DNA of 64,000 nucleotides from Felis catus (Eukaryota). A model generated the notes under the pieces. The model had not been told where the DNA came from, did not search any database, and saw only the letters and a list, made by a program, of their open reading frames with translations. Made by a program: the position numbers and the translations under genes. The DNA lies in contig NC_058371.1 of NCBI RefSeq assembly GCF_018350175.1, forward strand, positions 98,952,001-99,016,000. The letters run 5' to 3'. Positions within the stretch are counted from its first letter, which is position 1; each line of letters begins with the position of its first letter. Positions 11,811-24,228 of the stretch are shown piece by piece.

Positions 11811-12036
11811 CGGAGTTGTTCAACTTCGGCACTATTGACATTTTGGACCAGATTCCTTCTTTGTTTCGGGGTGCTGCGTTGTGCAATGTAGGGTATTTAG
11901 TGACATATCTGATCTCTACTTACTAGATGCTGGTAGCACCCCCTCCCCATTGTGATAATAAAATATGCCTCCAGACATTGTCAAATGTCTCCTGGGGGGA
12001 AGAGAGGGTAAAATCGTCCACAGTTGGGAATGACTG
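11811..12036 (-). mobile_element. MER20 hAT-Charlie MITE
   Basis: Diagnostic cggcactattgacattttgg...tagatgctggtagcacc...ccagacattgtcaaatgtctcctgggg, with degenerate TIRs. Confidence 0.85.
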
Positions 12037-13181
12037 GACTGTGAGGACTAAGATTTTTAAAAATATTTTTTGTACTACTTCCTAAAGATATGTGCATGCA
12101 GCATAACAACCAGAGTTGACTTGGATGGAGAGAAATTTTAAGAATAAAAAGGCTGAAGTTCAGAGGTGAATGTCTGTTTTATTTTTAAATATTATATGTG
12201 AGTTAAATGGAGTAATTCTCTATGCATATTGCTTTTTTCTTCATGAACTAAGCTTTTAGTAATGTTCAAAATATTAATTTATAGGTGAAGAGAATACAGG
12301 ATGTCTGAGTTTATTTTCTTCAGAATTTACCAAAATTCATGTAAAAATTATGAGTGGAATTATAATATCAAAATGATATTAATCAAAATCAGTCAAAAGA
12401 AACTGATGATTTAAAAGGTGAAGTCTTATTTGTGGGAAAGAAAGCAGACTAATATAATAGTCTTAGAATTAAGAAGCTAAAAGCTGAAGGAAAATGCATA
12501 TCCTGGGAAATTATTCACTGGGTTAGCATATCATTTATAGTTTAAAATATGATGTAAAAGCCTAATGATAAATCAATACATTGTTCTCATAAAACAGAAT
12601 GTTTAAAAACAATGTTTTTAGAAATTATTTGGGGAAGTCAGGGGGAATTTAACTTACAATAATTCCAAAGATACTTAATTTCACAGGGTTTACCTAGATA
12701 GTTAATTGACTATATGCTCCAGAATAAAGCCAGATAACTTAAAAATATTTTTTTCTTATTCTTGTCCCACCAATTAATGTAAACATATCAGTGTTTGGAA
12801 TAGTTTCTGGAACTTTTTTTTTCACTTCAAAAGCACATTATCTTTTTGTTTTACTTTGTTTAAAAGTAGAGAAAGAAAAGCAATATAAATTTTTATTTGA
12901 CAAAATAGATTGCAACAAATTCTTTCTATGCTGGCCTACCTAGCAGTGGTCTTTACTCTAAACCAAGACAAAAGTGTTTAGAAAGCAAACCATTCAGATC
13001 TTTGTTACTCTGGCCAATGCCTGGGGAATAGTTAAGATAGATGATATTGGAATAGTGCCCAGTATTAGTCGGAACTCTAATGGGTTGTAAAGAAAAGGAC
13101 AGAAATTATGGGCAAAGTGATTTAAATCATGACACAGCAGGCGGTCTAATCAAATGAAGTCACCATTAGCTTTTATCTTAC

Positions 13182-13399
13182 CTTCACAGTAGTGTAATTG
13201 CTGCTTTCTTGGATATGGATTAAAATGCCATTCTCGCTTCTTGTNNNNNNNNNNNNNNNNNNNNNNNNNNNNNNNNNNNNNNNNNNNNNNNNNNNNNNNN
13301 NNNNNNNNNNNNNNNNNNNNNNNNNNNNNNNNNNNNNNNNNNNNNNNNNNNNNNNNNNNNNNNNNNNNNNNNNNNNNNNNNNNNNNNNNNNNGTAATAG
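13182..13399 (-). CDS. FAT4: FAT4 exon 15 (218 nt), laminin-G 2, interior N-masked
   Basis: tttcag|CTATTAC... and ...TRSENGILIHIQESSNYTTVK|gtaaga. 218 = 2+72x3, which keeps phase 1 to phase 0 across the gap. Confidence 0.92.
13245..13392. other. N gap (148 nt) inside exon 15
   Basis: Run of N. Confidence 0.99.
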
Positions 13400-13646
13400 C
13401 TGAAAGGCAACGAAGAAAGGGAAAAATGAATGCATCCATTTGGCTTCTGAAGAAGTTTTTATAAGTGACAAAAATTATAAAAAAGGGCAATAAAATATCA
13501 GGTTTTTGGAATCCATATTCCCCAATCCTCCTCTTGGGAAAAAAAAAATTCCATTTGTGAATTACTGTATAAGGTAATTTCAAATGCTTAAATCAAAATC
13601 AGAATCAATCATTTGGGTAATATTCAATAAAATATTTGGTATAGCA

Positions 13647-13858
13647 GGGGCGCCTGAGTGGCTCAGTTGGTTAAGGGTCCGACTTTGGCTCAGGTCATGA
13701 TCTCATAGTTCGTGAGTATGAGCCCCGCGACTGGCTCTGGGCTGACAGCTCAGCCTGGAGCCCACTTCAGATTCTGTGTCTTCCTCTGTCTGCCCCTCTG
13801 CTGCTTTCACTCTCTCTCTCATTGTCTCAAAAATAAATAAACATTAAAAAAATTGAAA
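13647..13858 (+). mobile_element. SINEC
   Basis: TSD aaaatatttggtatagca (13629-13646 / 13859-13876). Confidence 0.95.
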
Positions 13859-15273
13859 AAAATATTTGGTATAGCATATAAATCATGAATACTTATAGAG
13901 ATACCACCTGTTAAAAACATGAAGTTGCAAATGTGTTTATAATAAGTGTTACTTTATTTCCAAAATTTATAAATGTGTTCAGAGTTGAATGATTTGTAAT
14001 CATAAGTCTCTAACATGTTAGAAATTTGTACAAAGAAGTGAACAAATACTTAATTTGTATTAATTTTATTATTAGCAATCATCATATAATCATGTTGAAT
14101 TTAATTTATCATTATGTGTAACTGTAATGTATAATTATAATTTATCATAATTTGGTAAAATGTTCACACTACTGAACTTTAGAAGTTTGTTATCATAACA
14201 GTTAATATAGCTAAAGAAAAGACATAAAGCAAATGAGCTCAAAAGGGTTTCAGCACTGAATAGTATACTTTATAGAGCTAACTTTTATAGTATGTGCATT
14301 ATATCTCAATTAAAAAAAAAGAACCTCAGACATCTCTCAAGCCGATGACTCATTTCATGTTCCAGGCATAACTGGATTCTTACTTATAAATACTCATTAC
14401 TTAATGAAAAAACTATCTGACAACATACTTTTTTGTTGTTTTGATGTTATCCTAACTAATTCAATATGATTATATCTTCTGCTAGTAAGATTTTTTTGAC
14501 TACAGTATATCCTTAATGTGATCATGAATTTATATTCATTCTTATAATATAATTAGGACTCCTTGGGAAGTGGTCAAATAACTGCAATGATCTGAGTATT
14601 AACCATATACTTGAAAATAAGGCAAATTTTCTAGAAGAAACTCCATTAGGGTTAGTTAGTGGGATGTACAGCTTGAAATTAGAGAATGCCATGTTCTAAT
14701 GATGGCTTGAGCGCCTCTAACGTCTTATTAAAAAATAGTAGTAGGGTTTAAAAAACAAATAAGTATACAAAGATTTAAAAAGTAAGACTCAAAACCAATT
14801 CTAATAATTGTAGATTAAAATGCAAATATCACCCTTAAGTGTAATAGATTATACTGCCATTGTATGATGGTTTGAACTCAGTGTTTAGGCATTTATTATT
14901 TACATTTTTCTACCACATACAAAATATTTACTGGAGAAATATTCCTTAAAGGCAGATAATATTAGACCCAAACCTGAATATAGTCCTTGGCCTTGTATTT
15001 GTATAGCATTCCTATAAATTAGCTTTGCTAAATTCATAAATTCATAAAATGGAAATTAACAACTTAGTAAATAATTCTGAAAGAATATCACTCTTCCTCA
15101 GGTTAAAAAAATAAATGTAAAATGTCACTATAATTTCTAATTGTTACCCATTTATTATTTTCAACATTTAGAATGAAAAAGTTTCTTTGAATATAATTAC
15201 ATATTTAAGTGCATATATTTACACTTTTCATGATTACTATAATTTCCAGTGAAAGAGAAAACAGCTTGCATAC

Positions 15274-15398
15274 ATTTTTCACAGTATTTCCCAGTTAGTC
15301 CTTCTTTGCAATGACACTGCTGCCATGACCAGTAATCCGTACATATGCCACCATGTTGGCAGGGGCTGTGAGTACAAGCACCTTCTAGTCTGGGACAT
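15274..15398 (-). CDS. FAT4: FAT4 exon 14 (125 nt), EGF-like repeat between the laminin-G domains
   Basis: ttttag|A TGT CCC ... GAA AAA T|gtatgc; CPRLEGACTHSPCQHGGICTDYWSWQQCHCKEGLTGKYCEK. Confidence 0.96.
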
Positions 15399-15739
15399 CT
15401 AAAATGAAATAATAATAAAGACTCATAAGGCACAAAATAAAGTGTGGGGGATTTGTTAAAACTAGATACAAGCTTTTATTAACTTGCTTAGTTTCATGCA
15501 CTCACTTCTTGGAAACTCAAGTTACAACTATATTTGGGGCATCTAGTCAAACTAGGAGCTGTAACACAGGGCTTGCCTCATTCAAAAAGGAGAAAATTAA
15601 ACCAAATAACATCTTACACAATACAGAAAAAGAGGTGATAATTTCTTTTTTAAATTAATTCTTATTTGAGTAGGACATCTTTGGTTAATGTAATCTAAGG
15701 CCCCCATATTTATTTGCTTATACATCTCCTCCAGACAAC

Positions 15740-17300
15740 TCATCAACTGATGTCTATTAAATGTCTACCATATGCCAATTACAAGCATACTATTCTAAGC
15801 ATGGGGGCAAAGTGTTGAAAAATCCACATGTCATGGAGTATTTATTTTTCCTTGTGTAGGAGGCAGTCAAAAAACAAAACAAAACAAAACAAAAATTAGG
15901 TAAATATGTAATATGTTAGAACAAAGAAAGTTCTTTGGAAAATTAAGATAGACAAAGGGTATCGAGAGATTTTTTTTTTTAGGATGGAGGGTAGATTCAT
16001 CAGCGAAGGAAGGACATATTTTTGTAAAGACCTAAACAAATTGAGAGAATGAAGAATATTTGGTAGAATATTGGTAGAATTTGGTAGAAACAGCAAGTAA
16101 GAAAGTTAAATTGTACCTAATATGTTTGAGGAACACCGAGGGGCCCACTATGGTTGGAGCAGAGTGAACAAGAAAAAGAAGCATATGTAAATACAGTGAG
16201 AAAATGGAGAAAGAGGCTAGATCATGAAGGCCTTGTAAGTCAGGGTTAGGACGAACATCTGTTTTTAAATGTCATTCTGGTTGTTGGTAGATTGTTTGTG
16301 AAGTATGTCAGAAAGAGAAGAATCAAAGGTAAGTCTAAAAGGTTTGGCTGAACAGTTTTGGCTGATTGACTTATCATTATTTAAGACAGAGAGAACTGTG
16401 GAAGAAATAGATTTAGAAGGAATCGGGAAAGAAAGCCACGAATTCAGTTTTAAACTTAAGTGTGAGATATTTGTTAGAAAGACACATAGGATATTGGGTA
16501 GTCCGTTGGATAGAAGGGCCTAAAGTGCAGAAGAAAGGCCAAGTTGAAGATAACCATTTAAGAGTCACCATTTTTAAAGTTAGTACTTAAAACCAAGGCT
16601 ATAAAACATGATTTAAAGAATGAATATATATACAAAAGAGAAGGGGTCAACCAGATGAGAAAAAGAATCAGAGTAGAAAACCAGGATTGTACCATATGCT
16701 GATAGAGGTATTTTTAGGGAGAGGAAGTAATGAACATTGGAATTCAAAGAAGATGAGAACTGACCATTGATTTTAGCAACACAAAGGTTATTGACCACTT
16801 TGACAAAGAACAATTTTTCAAAAAGAGAGAGGATGGTAATTAGAGAGTAAAATGGGATTAATAAAGTTTTTACAAAAATAAAACGGGAGAAATAGCAGCA
16901 TGGATTTAAATGAGAAAGACATGCCAAGGAGACAGCTGGACTATTGTTTTTAGAACATTGCAGGGGACTGAGCCTTTTACATAAAAGGGGTGTCTTTATG
17001 GGAATAGGAGCAGTTCTTTCATAGTAATAGGATGCAATGTAGACCATGGGATGCACACGTGCATGGGCAAATGTGGAGGAATAAGCTTTTGGAAGTTTTC
17101 TTTTGATTGCTTCCATTTTCTGAGCAAGGTAGGAAGCAAATTCATTAGCTGGGAAAGATGGTACAGGAGTGATATTTGGGGTCTGTGAAAAGGGGAGGCT
17201 GGAAAGTAATTGAGAAAAGTGAGCAAATGATTAAACTGGGGAATAGAATATGTTGCCATGCAAAATCATGGCCGCATTAGAGATTAGTAATCACGAATTT
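15740..17300 (-). mobile_element. LINE-2 relic (boundaries approximate)
   Basis: Purine-rich plus strand with antisense L2 hallmarks (gaactgaccattgattttagcaacacaaaggttattgaccactttgacaaag; gttttaaacttaagtgtgagatat). Confidence 0.6.
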
Positions 17301-17792
17301 GAAGACAATGAACTCCTCCAGAGCAAGAATCTGCCTTGTTCATTTATTTGTAACTAACCTCAGTCCAAGTGCCTAGTTCAAGACTTAGCTTTGCTACTCA
17401 CCAGCTTGTTGACTTTGAGAAAATTTTTAAAACACTGAGTAGCTCAGAAATAAATATTATCTATCTCATAAAATGGTTGTAAAAGTTAAAATAGACTAAA
17501 AATATTAAGAATAGTATTAACCACAGGGCTTTTAATATATTAATAAAATTAGAAACAAGTAAAGTGTATAATAATAGGTAAAATAGGGCACATTCATATG
17601 ATGGAACAGCGGGCAGTCATGAACCTCACAATGAGGTTAAGAGTGTTTGTCTCTGGGTGGTGCATAGGATACTTTATATTTTTCTGAATTTTCCAATTTT
17701 CATTATGAATAAGATTAATTTTTAAAATAAAGTGTGTTATTTTCACAATTCCAAAATCATTGCAGGGAACCTTAACCAATAAGCACATAGGA

Positions 17793-18013
17793 GGGACGCC
17801 TGGGTGGCTCAGTCGGTTGAGCGTCCGACTTCAGCTCAGGTCATGATCTCGCGGTCCGTGAGTTTGAGCCCCGCGTCAGGCTCTGGGCTGATGGCTCAGA
17901 GCCTGGAGCCTACTTCCGATTCTGTGTCTCCCTCTCTCTCTGCTGCCCCCCCCCCCGTTCATGCTCTCTCTCTGTCTCAAAAATAAATAAATGTTAAAAA
18001 AAATTTTTTTAAA
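17793..18013 (+). mobile_element. SINEC, relatively young
   Basis: CpG-rich; TSD aataagcacatagga (17778-17792 / 18014-18028). Confidence 0.95.
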
Positions 18014-18555
18014 AATAAGCACATAGGAAAATAAAATGTTTTACAATTAATCAAATTATTGCTTGTTAAAGGTGTACTAAGGTATATTTTGAAAATATAT
18101 GTTTGTATGTAAAGCTATTTAATACCAAATGTTTTTTGTATACATTATTACTAACATTTATTTATACATCATTATGTGGCAGATACTTTTCTATGTGATT
18201 CATCTACTTGTTATTATAATCTTCACAACTGTTTTGAAGCATATATAGGCATAAAAGCATACGTATATTTTTCTTACACTCCAGAAAATAAGAGTTAATT
18301 TTCTAAGTAAATATCACATTTTATACCAAACAGTAAATATTTAAATTTAATAAGTTAATTAATTCAAATAATTTCTGTGTTAACTGTAAAAGTTAGCTAG
18401 TGGTAATTAAATTAAATAAGTAATTAAATGAAATGAATATTTAAAATTCAAAACAATGTAAAACATTTGATACTTTTAGAACTGTGGTCACAATAATTTC
18501 AGCTTTGGATGCTCAATTATCATGCATTTTGTTCATTTTTATTTAAAATAATAAG

Positions 18556-18695
18556 NNNNNNNNNNNNNNNNNNNNNNNNNNNNNNNNNNNNNNNNNNNNN
18601 NNNNNNNNNNNNNNNNNNNNNNNNNNNNNNNNNNNNNNNNNNNNNNNNNNNNNNNNNNNNNNNNNNNNNNNNNNNNNNNNNNNNNNNNNNNNNNN
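18556..18695. other. N gap (140 nt) over the 3' part and donor of exon 13
   Basis: Run of N. Confidence 0.99.
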
Positions 18696-18752
18696 GGATC
18701 TAGGGATCTGATACCTCCAACTGTGACTCGATTTGGCTGAACGTCAAGAGTC
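18573..18752 (-). CDS. FAT4: FAT4 exon 13 (about 180 nt), laminin-G 1; 3' part and donor hidden in N gap
   Basis: ctcatgtag|G ACT CTT GAC GTT CAG CCA = (W)TLDVQPNRVTVGGIRSLDP, then Ns. The 18573 boundary is inferred from the remembered orthologue length, not seen. Confidence 0.85.
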
Positions 18753-19621
18753 CTACATGAGAAAGCAAAGATAAGTATATTAGCTCCAACATGATAGATT
18801 TCAGTAGAATGTTTAGCTTTAAAAAGAGTGAATATAACTTTCTGGCATGTGTTATAGCGTGGTAAATTTGAATGGAAAATATTACCTATTGATGCATATT
18901 CCCTTACAGATTTCTACAGGATTATTAGGTTTTCAAGGCATGAAAAATAACAAAACTTATGGAAGTGACATTTTCAGTTAGCCAAATGGGATATATAAAA
19001 CAATGCTGAATTAGCAAGAAGCAGCATAACATCAGAGAGAAGATGAAGTGCAGCAGAAATAGTGATTATATTAATGTTAAATTAATTAATGTTAGATAAT
19101 ATTAATGTTAGATTATACATTTTTCTCCCCCACAAGATGATAATAATGCCGATATGTTAATTAATATCATTGATGATATGTCAATATTTATTTTTCTCTG
19201 TTGTTATTTCTGTTAACATCACTTAGGTTTTAGATGGCATAATTCTGTATCTCTTCCTGAGGTGCCATTGAAAAGTATCTGTGGATAATACAACTTCCAA
19301 AGGAGGTAAAGACTGGGATCTTTAGTCTAGCCTTGCAGGACCCAGGTCATAGGCAACAATTTCATGATCTACTCAAAGAGCACAGGCTATGTTAGTCTTT
19401 GCTTCCTCTATTTGTCCTCATCTCTCCCATCTCGTGTCACACCATTTTTACATATTTTTTATACTCATTATTAACTTTTTATTTACAGAGTAAAAATTCC
19501 TTTGGAGAGCATAAAATATTGTAAACTCTCATAACACTTAGCATAATAAAATTATTTTTAAATGTAGAATTTCCTTTTTAAGGTCAAGTAATAGTAAGAT
19601 CAAACAAATAATTTTACTTAC

Positions 19622-19707
19622 CAGTCATCTGAAACTGCCACATTACTGACAGTGCAATACCCTGGTTCTTGGTTCTCAGAACAAGAGTCCACAGTTAAGG
19701 AAGCTGC
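19622..19707 (-). CDS. FAT4: FAT4 exon 12 (86 nt), laminin-G 1
   Basis: ctttatag|GCAGCTTCC ... GATGACTG|gtaagt; AASLTVDSCSENQEPGYCTVSNVAVSDD(W); phase 0 to phase 2. Absent from the supplied ORF track. Confidence 0.95.
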
Positions 19708-19984
19708 CTATAAAGTAGAAGAAGGAAACATTCATCCTGGGTTCTGCTGTCCCTATTGTCCTTTTCGGCCAACACCGCCCAGTACTTGTTTCTACATGGA
19801 CATGATTTTGAAGTTGTGATAACATTTTGGCTTAGTATATTATGACATAATACACCTATAATATCAAATTTGGGGCACATATTTCTTTTACATGTCTAAA
19901 ACTGTGACATTATTACATATAAGAAGTGGGAAGTACTTTGAAAAATCTTCACTAGGGCCCTTGTGTGTAAGTGAAAAACCGATA

Positions 19985-20118
19985 GGGCACCTGGGTGGCT
20001 CAGTGAATTGACAGTCCAGCGCTTGATTCTGGTCAGGTCACAATCTCACAGTTTGTGAGTTTGAGCCCCGTATCGGACTCCATGCTGACGGTGCAGACCT
20101 GCTTGGGATTCTCTCTCA
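19985..20118 (+). mobile_element. SINEC, 3'-truncated
   Basis: Head present, but the element stops at the start of the CT tract with no A-tail. Confidence 0.85.
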
Positions 20119-20656
20119 TCTAGTTGATATTTTCAACTAGAGAATATCACATAGATATTTATGAATGACTCAACTAGGAAAAAAAACACTTTAGATAGTG
20201 GCATAATATTTTGATAAATCTTAACATAATTTTCTGATTTTCTAAAAGCTTCATGATACAGAACGTCTGAGGGGAAGTTTTATTTGAATAACACCCTATG
20301 CAATTTAATCGTCAGAGTTAAATGTGCTTTCTCGTACTGTTGAATTTTTCTACCAGTACTGCTGTAAATTGACATGTTTGTATCCTGTCTATTCAGTGAT
20401 TCAAAGCTGAGAAGTTAATGATTTTGCCAGTTTCTAACAAAATCCCTTTGAACTGTAGAAAATGACAGATTCAAAATCCAGTAGGGGCCTTCTTTTGGGT
20501 ATTTTCTAAAATGGGAAGATACTTTTTTCCTCTGACTGAAGTACTAATGACAAAGGTATTTTTTTCCACATTTGGTATTATTTAAAACTTGATAGCCACA
20601 TACTACAAATGAACTGAAAGAATTTTTTTTCTATCACTTTTGGCATACACATAGTA

Positions 20657-20660
<4 letters not shown>

Positions 20661-20703
<43 letters not shown>
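20661..20703. repeat. T43 homopolymer
   Basis: Seen directly. Confidence 0.97.
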
Positions 20704-20706
<3 letters not shown>

Positions 20707-21601
20707 TTCCCTCTTACTCCCAAGTCCTAAATTTAGGTAGAATTAAATGGTCATAAAATTTAAAGGGGCCTTGGAAGTCATCAGATAAAATCACCTATTC
20801 TACATAAATGGCTGTTGACAATATCTTAGCAATATAGTTATCTCCCACCTGCTATGCCCCATTAGGATGCTGTCATTATTAGGAAATCATTGTGGCTAAT
20901 GTAAGCCCCAATATGCAATATCGATACCAGACTCCATATGCTTGTTCTAATTCTGTCTGTTTCAATAATGCCAGAGTAAATGGATAATCAGGAATATTGG
21001 ACTTTTCTAAATTTGTATTCTCCTAAAGGTCTTCCTCTGAGAATACTAGTTTGGTATTAGGCTGGTTTAAAAAAGCTCAGGCAGGAAGGTGCATACTAAC
21101 TTATTACTAACCTAAAAAATTATTACTGCCAAGATTTGCTTGTTATACCCCTATTAGAATTCACTGAAGTCAGTATGATTTTTTAGGCACTACTCATAAT
21201 TAAAATTTATTGAGATTAAAACATTTTTTCTAACCTCAAAAGGATGTATGGAGCCATGTTTTTGAAAACTCAGGATGACTAACATTCAACAAGCACCTAT
21301 TTAATATCAAATATTTAAAAATATATAAAATATATACATTTTAATAAAGGAAACTATATGTAAAATATATAACAATATATAAAATTTTAGATATAATTTA
21401 TATTAATCCTTGCAATAATACCAAAATGTGGAGATATTATTCCCATTTATAGACCACATTTTGATTTTCTGCCCAACCCCTTTTCAAAACACAACCCATC
21501 TTGAATTATTATCAAATACAGTCTCCAAATGAGTATTTTTCAAGTAGATTTTTTTAAAAAATTATTTTTAGAATATCAATGTTTTAAATTACTGTTACTA
21601 A

Positions 21602-21819
21602 GGGCACCTGGGTGGCTCAGTCGGTTAAGCTTCGGACTTCGGCTCAGGACATGATCTGGTGGTTTGTGGGTTCAAGGCCCAGGCTGGACTCCTCACTGAC
21701 AACTCAGACCCTGGAGCCTGCGTCAGATTCTCTGCCTCAGATTCTGTGTCTCCCTCTCTCTCTGCCCCTTCCCCCTTATGCTCTCTCTCAAAAATAAATA
21801 AATAAACATTAAAAAAAAT
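21602..21819 (+). mobile_element. SINEC with internal 14-bp duplication
   Basis: TSD aa(a/g)ttactgttactaa; ctgc(g/c)tcagattct occurs twice at 21718-21745. Confidence 0.93.
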
Positions 21820-22301
21820 AAGTTACTGTTACTAAATTTTATTCTCGTTTTGGTCTCATTTTCAGAATATTGGGGGTAATTTTTTAAGTAAATATTTTAT
21901 AAATTAATATATGTTAGAATAGAGTTATAGTTACAGAATATTAATACCAAGTTCATAAGAAAATGGAAGACAATATATAAAGTAATATAATATATAATTT
22001 AAATGATTCATAAATTTTCACTAATACTTTTATTGTTTTCTCACTTATATTTTAATAAACTACAACTACTAGCCTTGTAAGACCTTGAATGTAACACAAT
22101 GGATATGGAGATATCAGTGGATGAATATCTGAACATCTAACCTTGATGATGTTGATAAAATCATCTGGTCATCTTTATATCCATCATCATTCCTTTTTTT
22201 TTTTTGGCCTTTGTGTTTCTGTATTAAAAAATTGTTTAAAATCTTCTTTTCTAAGTTATATTAGAGTGGAGGAGAGAAAAGCCATTGTATCTGATGCCAT
22301 T

Positions 22302-22303
<2 letters not shown>

Positions 22304-22340
<37 letters not shown>
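22304..22340. repeat. (CA)n microsatellite
   Basis: Seen directly. Confidence 0.97.
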
Positions 22341-22343
<3 letters not shown>

Positions 22344-22821
22344 CAAACAAAACAAAACCCCAAAAAATCCCACATGGATTTAAAGTACTGCTAAAAACAA
22401 ATGGGGAATTTGATCGCTTGATAAATATTGTTTGTTATTTATTTTTGTCAGAAAAAAATCAATATAATTAGATTCCTCCTGTCTTATGCCTTTATGAAAT
22501 TTGTAATTAGGAAGGGCACAAAAGTTTTTCTTTTAAAACTGTGGATCACAGAAAAAATAGCAGAAATATTTTCTATGTTCTTTCTATAAATTGCTTATAT
22601 GTAGTCCAACAATATAAAGTGGTCCCAAAATTTAGTGCCCCAAAATGTCTATTGTCAGACAAATATATGATTCATTTGATCAGTTTCAAAACTATATAAC
22701 TCACTGTATTTTTTATATTTTTCTGGATTGTCACAGAGCTGAGACATAAAACTATAATCATTTAAATCACATTTCTTCATTTAAAAAATGATTTCAGAGC
22801 ATTTATTTTGTTCTTTTGGCT

Positions 22822-23010
22822 AATTTTTATTTTAAATATTTATTTATTTTTGAGAGAGTGCCTAAGCAGGGAAGGGGCAGAGAGAGAGAGGGAACACAGG
22901 ATCCAAAGTGGGCTCCCCACTGACAGCAGAGGGGCTCCAACTTATGAACTACGAGATCATGACCTGAGATGAAGTCAGATGCTTAATCTACTGAGTCACC
23001 CAGGTGCCCC
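22822..23010 (-). mobile_element. SINEC, diverged
   Basis: Reverse-complement head ending caggtgcccc at 23010, GA tract and T-rich tail. Confidence 0.9.
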
Positions 23011-23129
23011 AAATGTTTATTTTAATACATGACTTCAACCTTTAACTCTATTTCTATGCAGGGTAGAATGTAAATTTTAAAGAGCAGTTATCATTTTAGA
23101 AGTTTGATGATAAAATCCAAAAATATTTT

Positions 23130-23337
23130 GGGGCGCCTGGGTGGCGCAGTCGGTTAAGCGTCCGACTTCAGCCAGGTCACGATCTCGCGGTCCGTGAGTT
23201 CGAGCCCCGCGTCAGGCTCTGGGCTGATGTCTCAGAGCCTGGAGCCTGTTTCCGATTCTGTGTCTCCCTCTCTCTCTGCCCCTCCCCCGTTCATGCTCTG
23301 TCTCTCTCTGTCCCAAAAATAAATAAACGTTGAAAAA
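23130..23337 (+). mobile_element. SINEC_Fc-type, very young copy
   Basis: About 15 intact CpGs; perfect 18-bp TSD aaaatccaaaaatatttt (23112-23129 / 23338-23355). Confidence 0.96.
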
Positions 23338-23453
23338 AAAATCCAAAAATATTTTAAAATAGTTTTTGTTAGCATTTACTTTTTCAAAAACCCTTGATAG
23401 TTGTTGAAAATGGGGGTGGGGGAACCATGAAGAGATAGTTGGTAAGTAAGTAA

Positions 23454-23494
<41 letters not shown>

Positions 23495-23499
23495 TGCGT
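23454..23499. repeat. (TA)n(TG)n-CGCG alternating purine-pyrimidine tract
   Basis: Seen directly. Confidence 0.95.
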
Positions 23500-24228
23500 C
23501 TTTCCATTCTAGTTGTATTGCTCTGTATCAAATGGTTTCAAACACTTACAGGTAAAATACATCATGCATTTTCCTTTTTAAAGAAAAAAATACTTGTTTA
23601 ATGAACACAAGTACTAAATAAATACATACCGTCTTGCTGTAACATGAGAGCCATATAATTAAGTGGAATATAATATGGAAATCTTGAATATTACTGAGTT
23701 TATAATTCTAAAAATACTTTAGCTAGTCAGCAAACAGAACTTCATTTTATTGCAGTCTCATGTGATAGACCTCACAGATGACAGCGATTGAGGAGCTAAG
23801 TGCAGTAAGGACTACTCACGACTGTTTTGGAATATGTGTTAGCATCATCTTTTATCAGTAATTTATTTACAGAAAAGTTTTTTTCATTTGTTTTTAAATT
23901 GTTTCTTCAGTTAGGACAAGGATACTTACAAAAGTAGCCATTTTAAGTACGGTTCTGACATGGCCTTAAAGATATATAGGAAATGTATAAAATGGAATAT
24001 TTATGCGCTAGGATGTTTTCTTTACTTTGCTTCCTTTTATTATTTTTGGACAAGTTGTTTTTTGTGACAGGCATAGCTGTCATGAGCAAAAGAAAGATTA
24101 TTACCTACTTGTGGCTATAGTTCATACCAAAACTGGTTAAATTTGAACCTTAATTCATGCTTTAACTTGAAGGCCTGATTGGATGTACAACAATAAAACA
24201 AGTTTTAACGTAAAATGAAATGTCTTAC

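Noticed and set aside
16613-17116. 167-aa minus-strand ORF
   Set aside because: Lies in a decayed L2; no splice context or cadherin similarity.
23130-23215. tRNA-like sequence with Pol III A/B boxes
   Set aside because: tRNA-derived SINE head continuing into a CT tract and A-tail with TSDs; not a tRNA gene.
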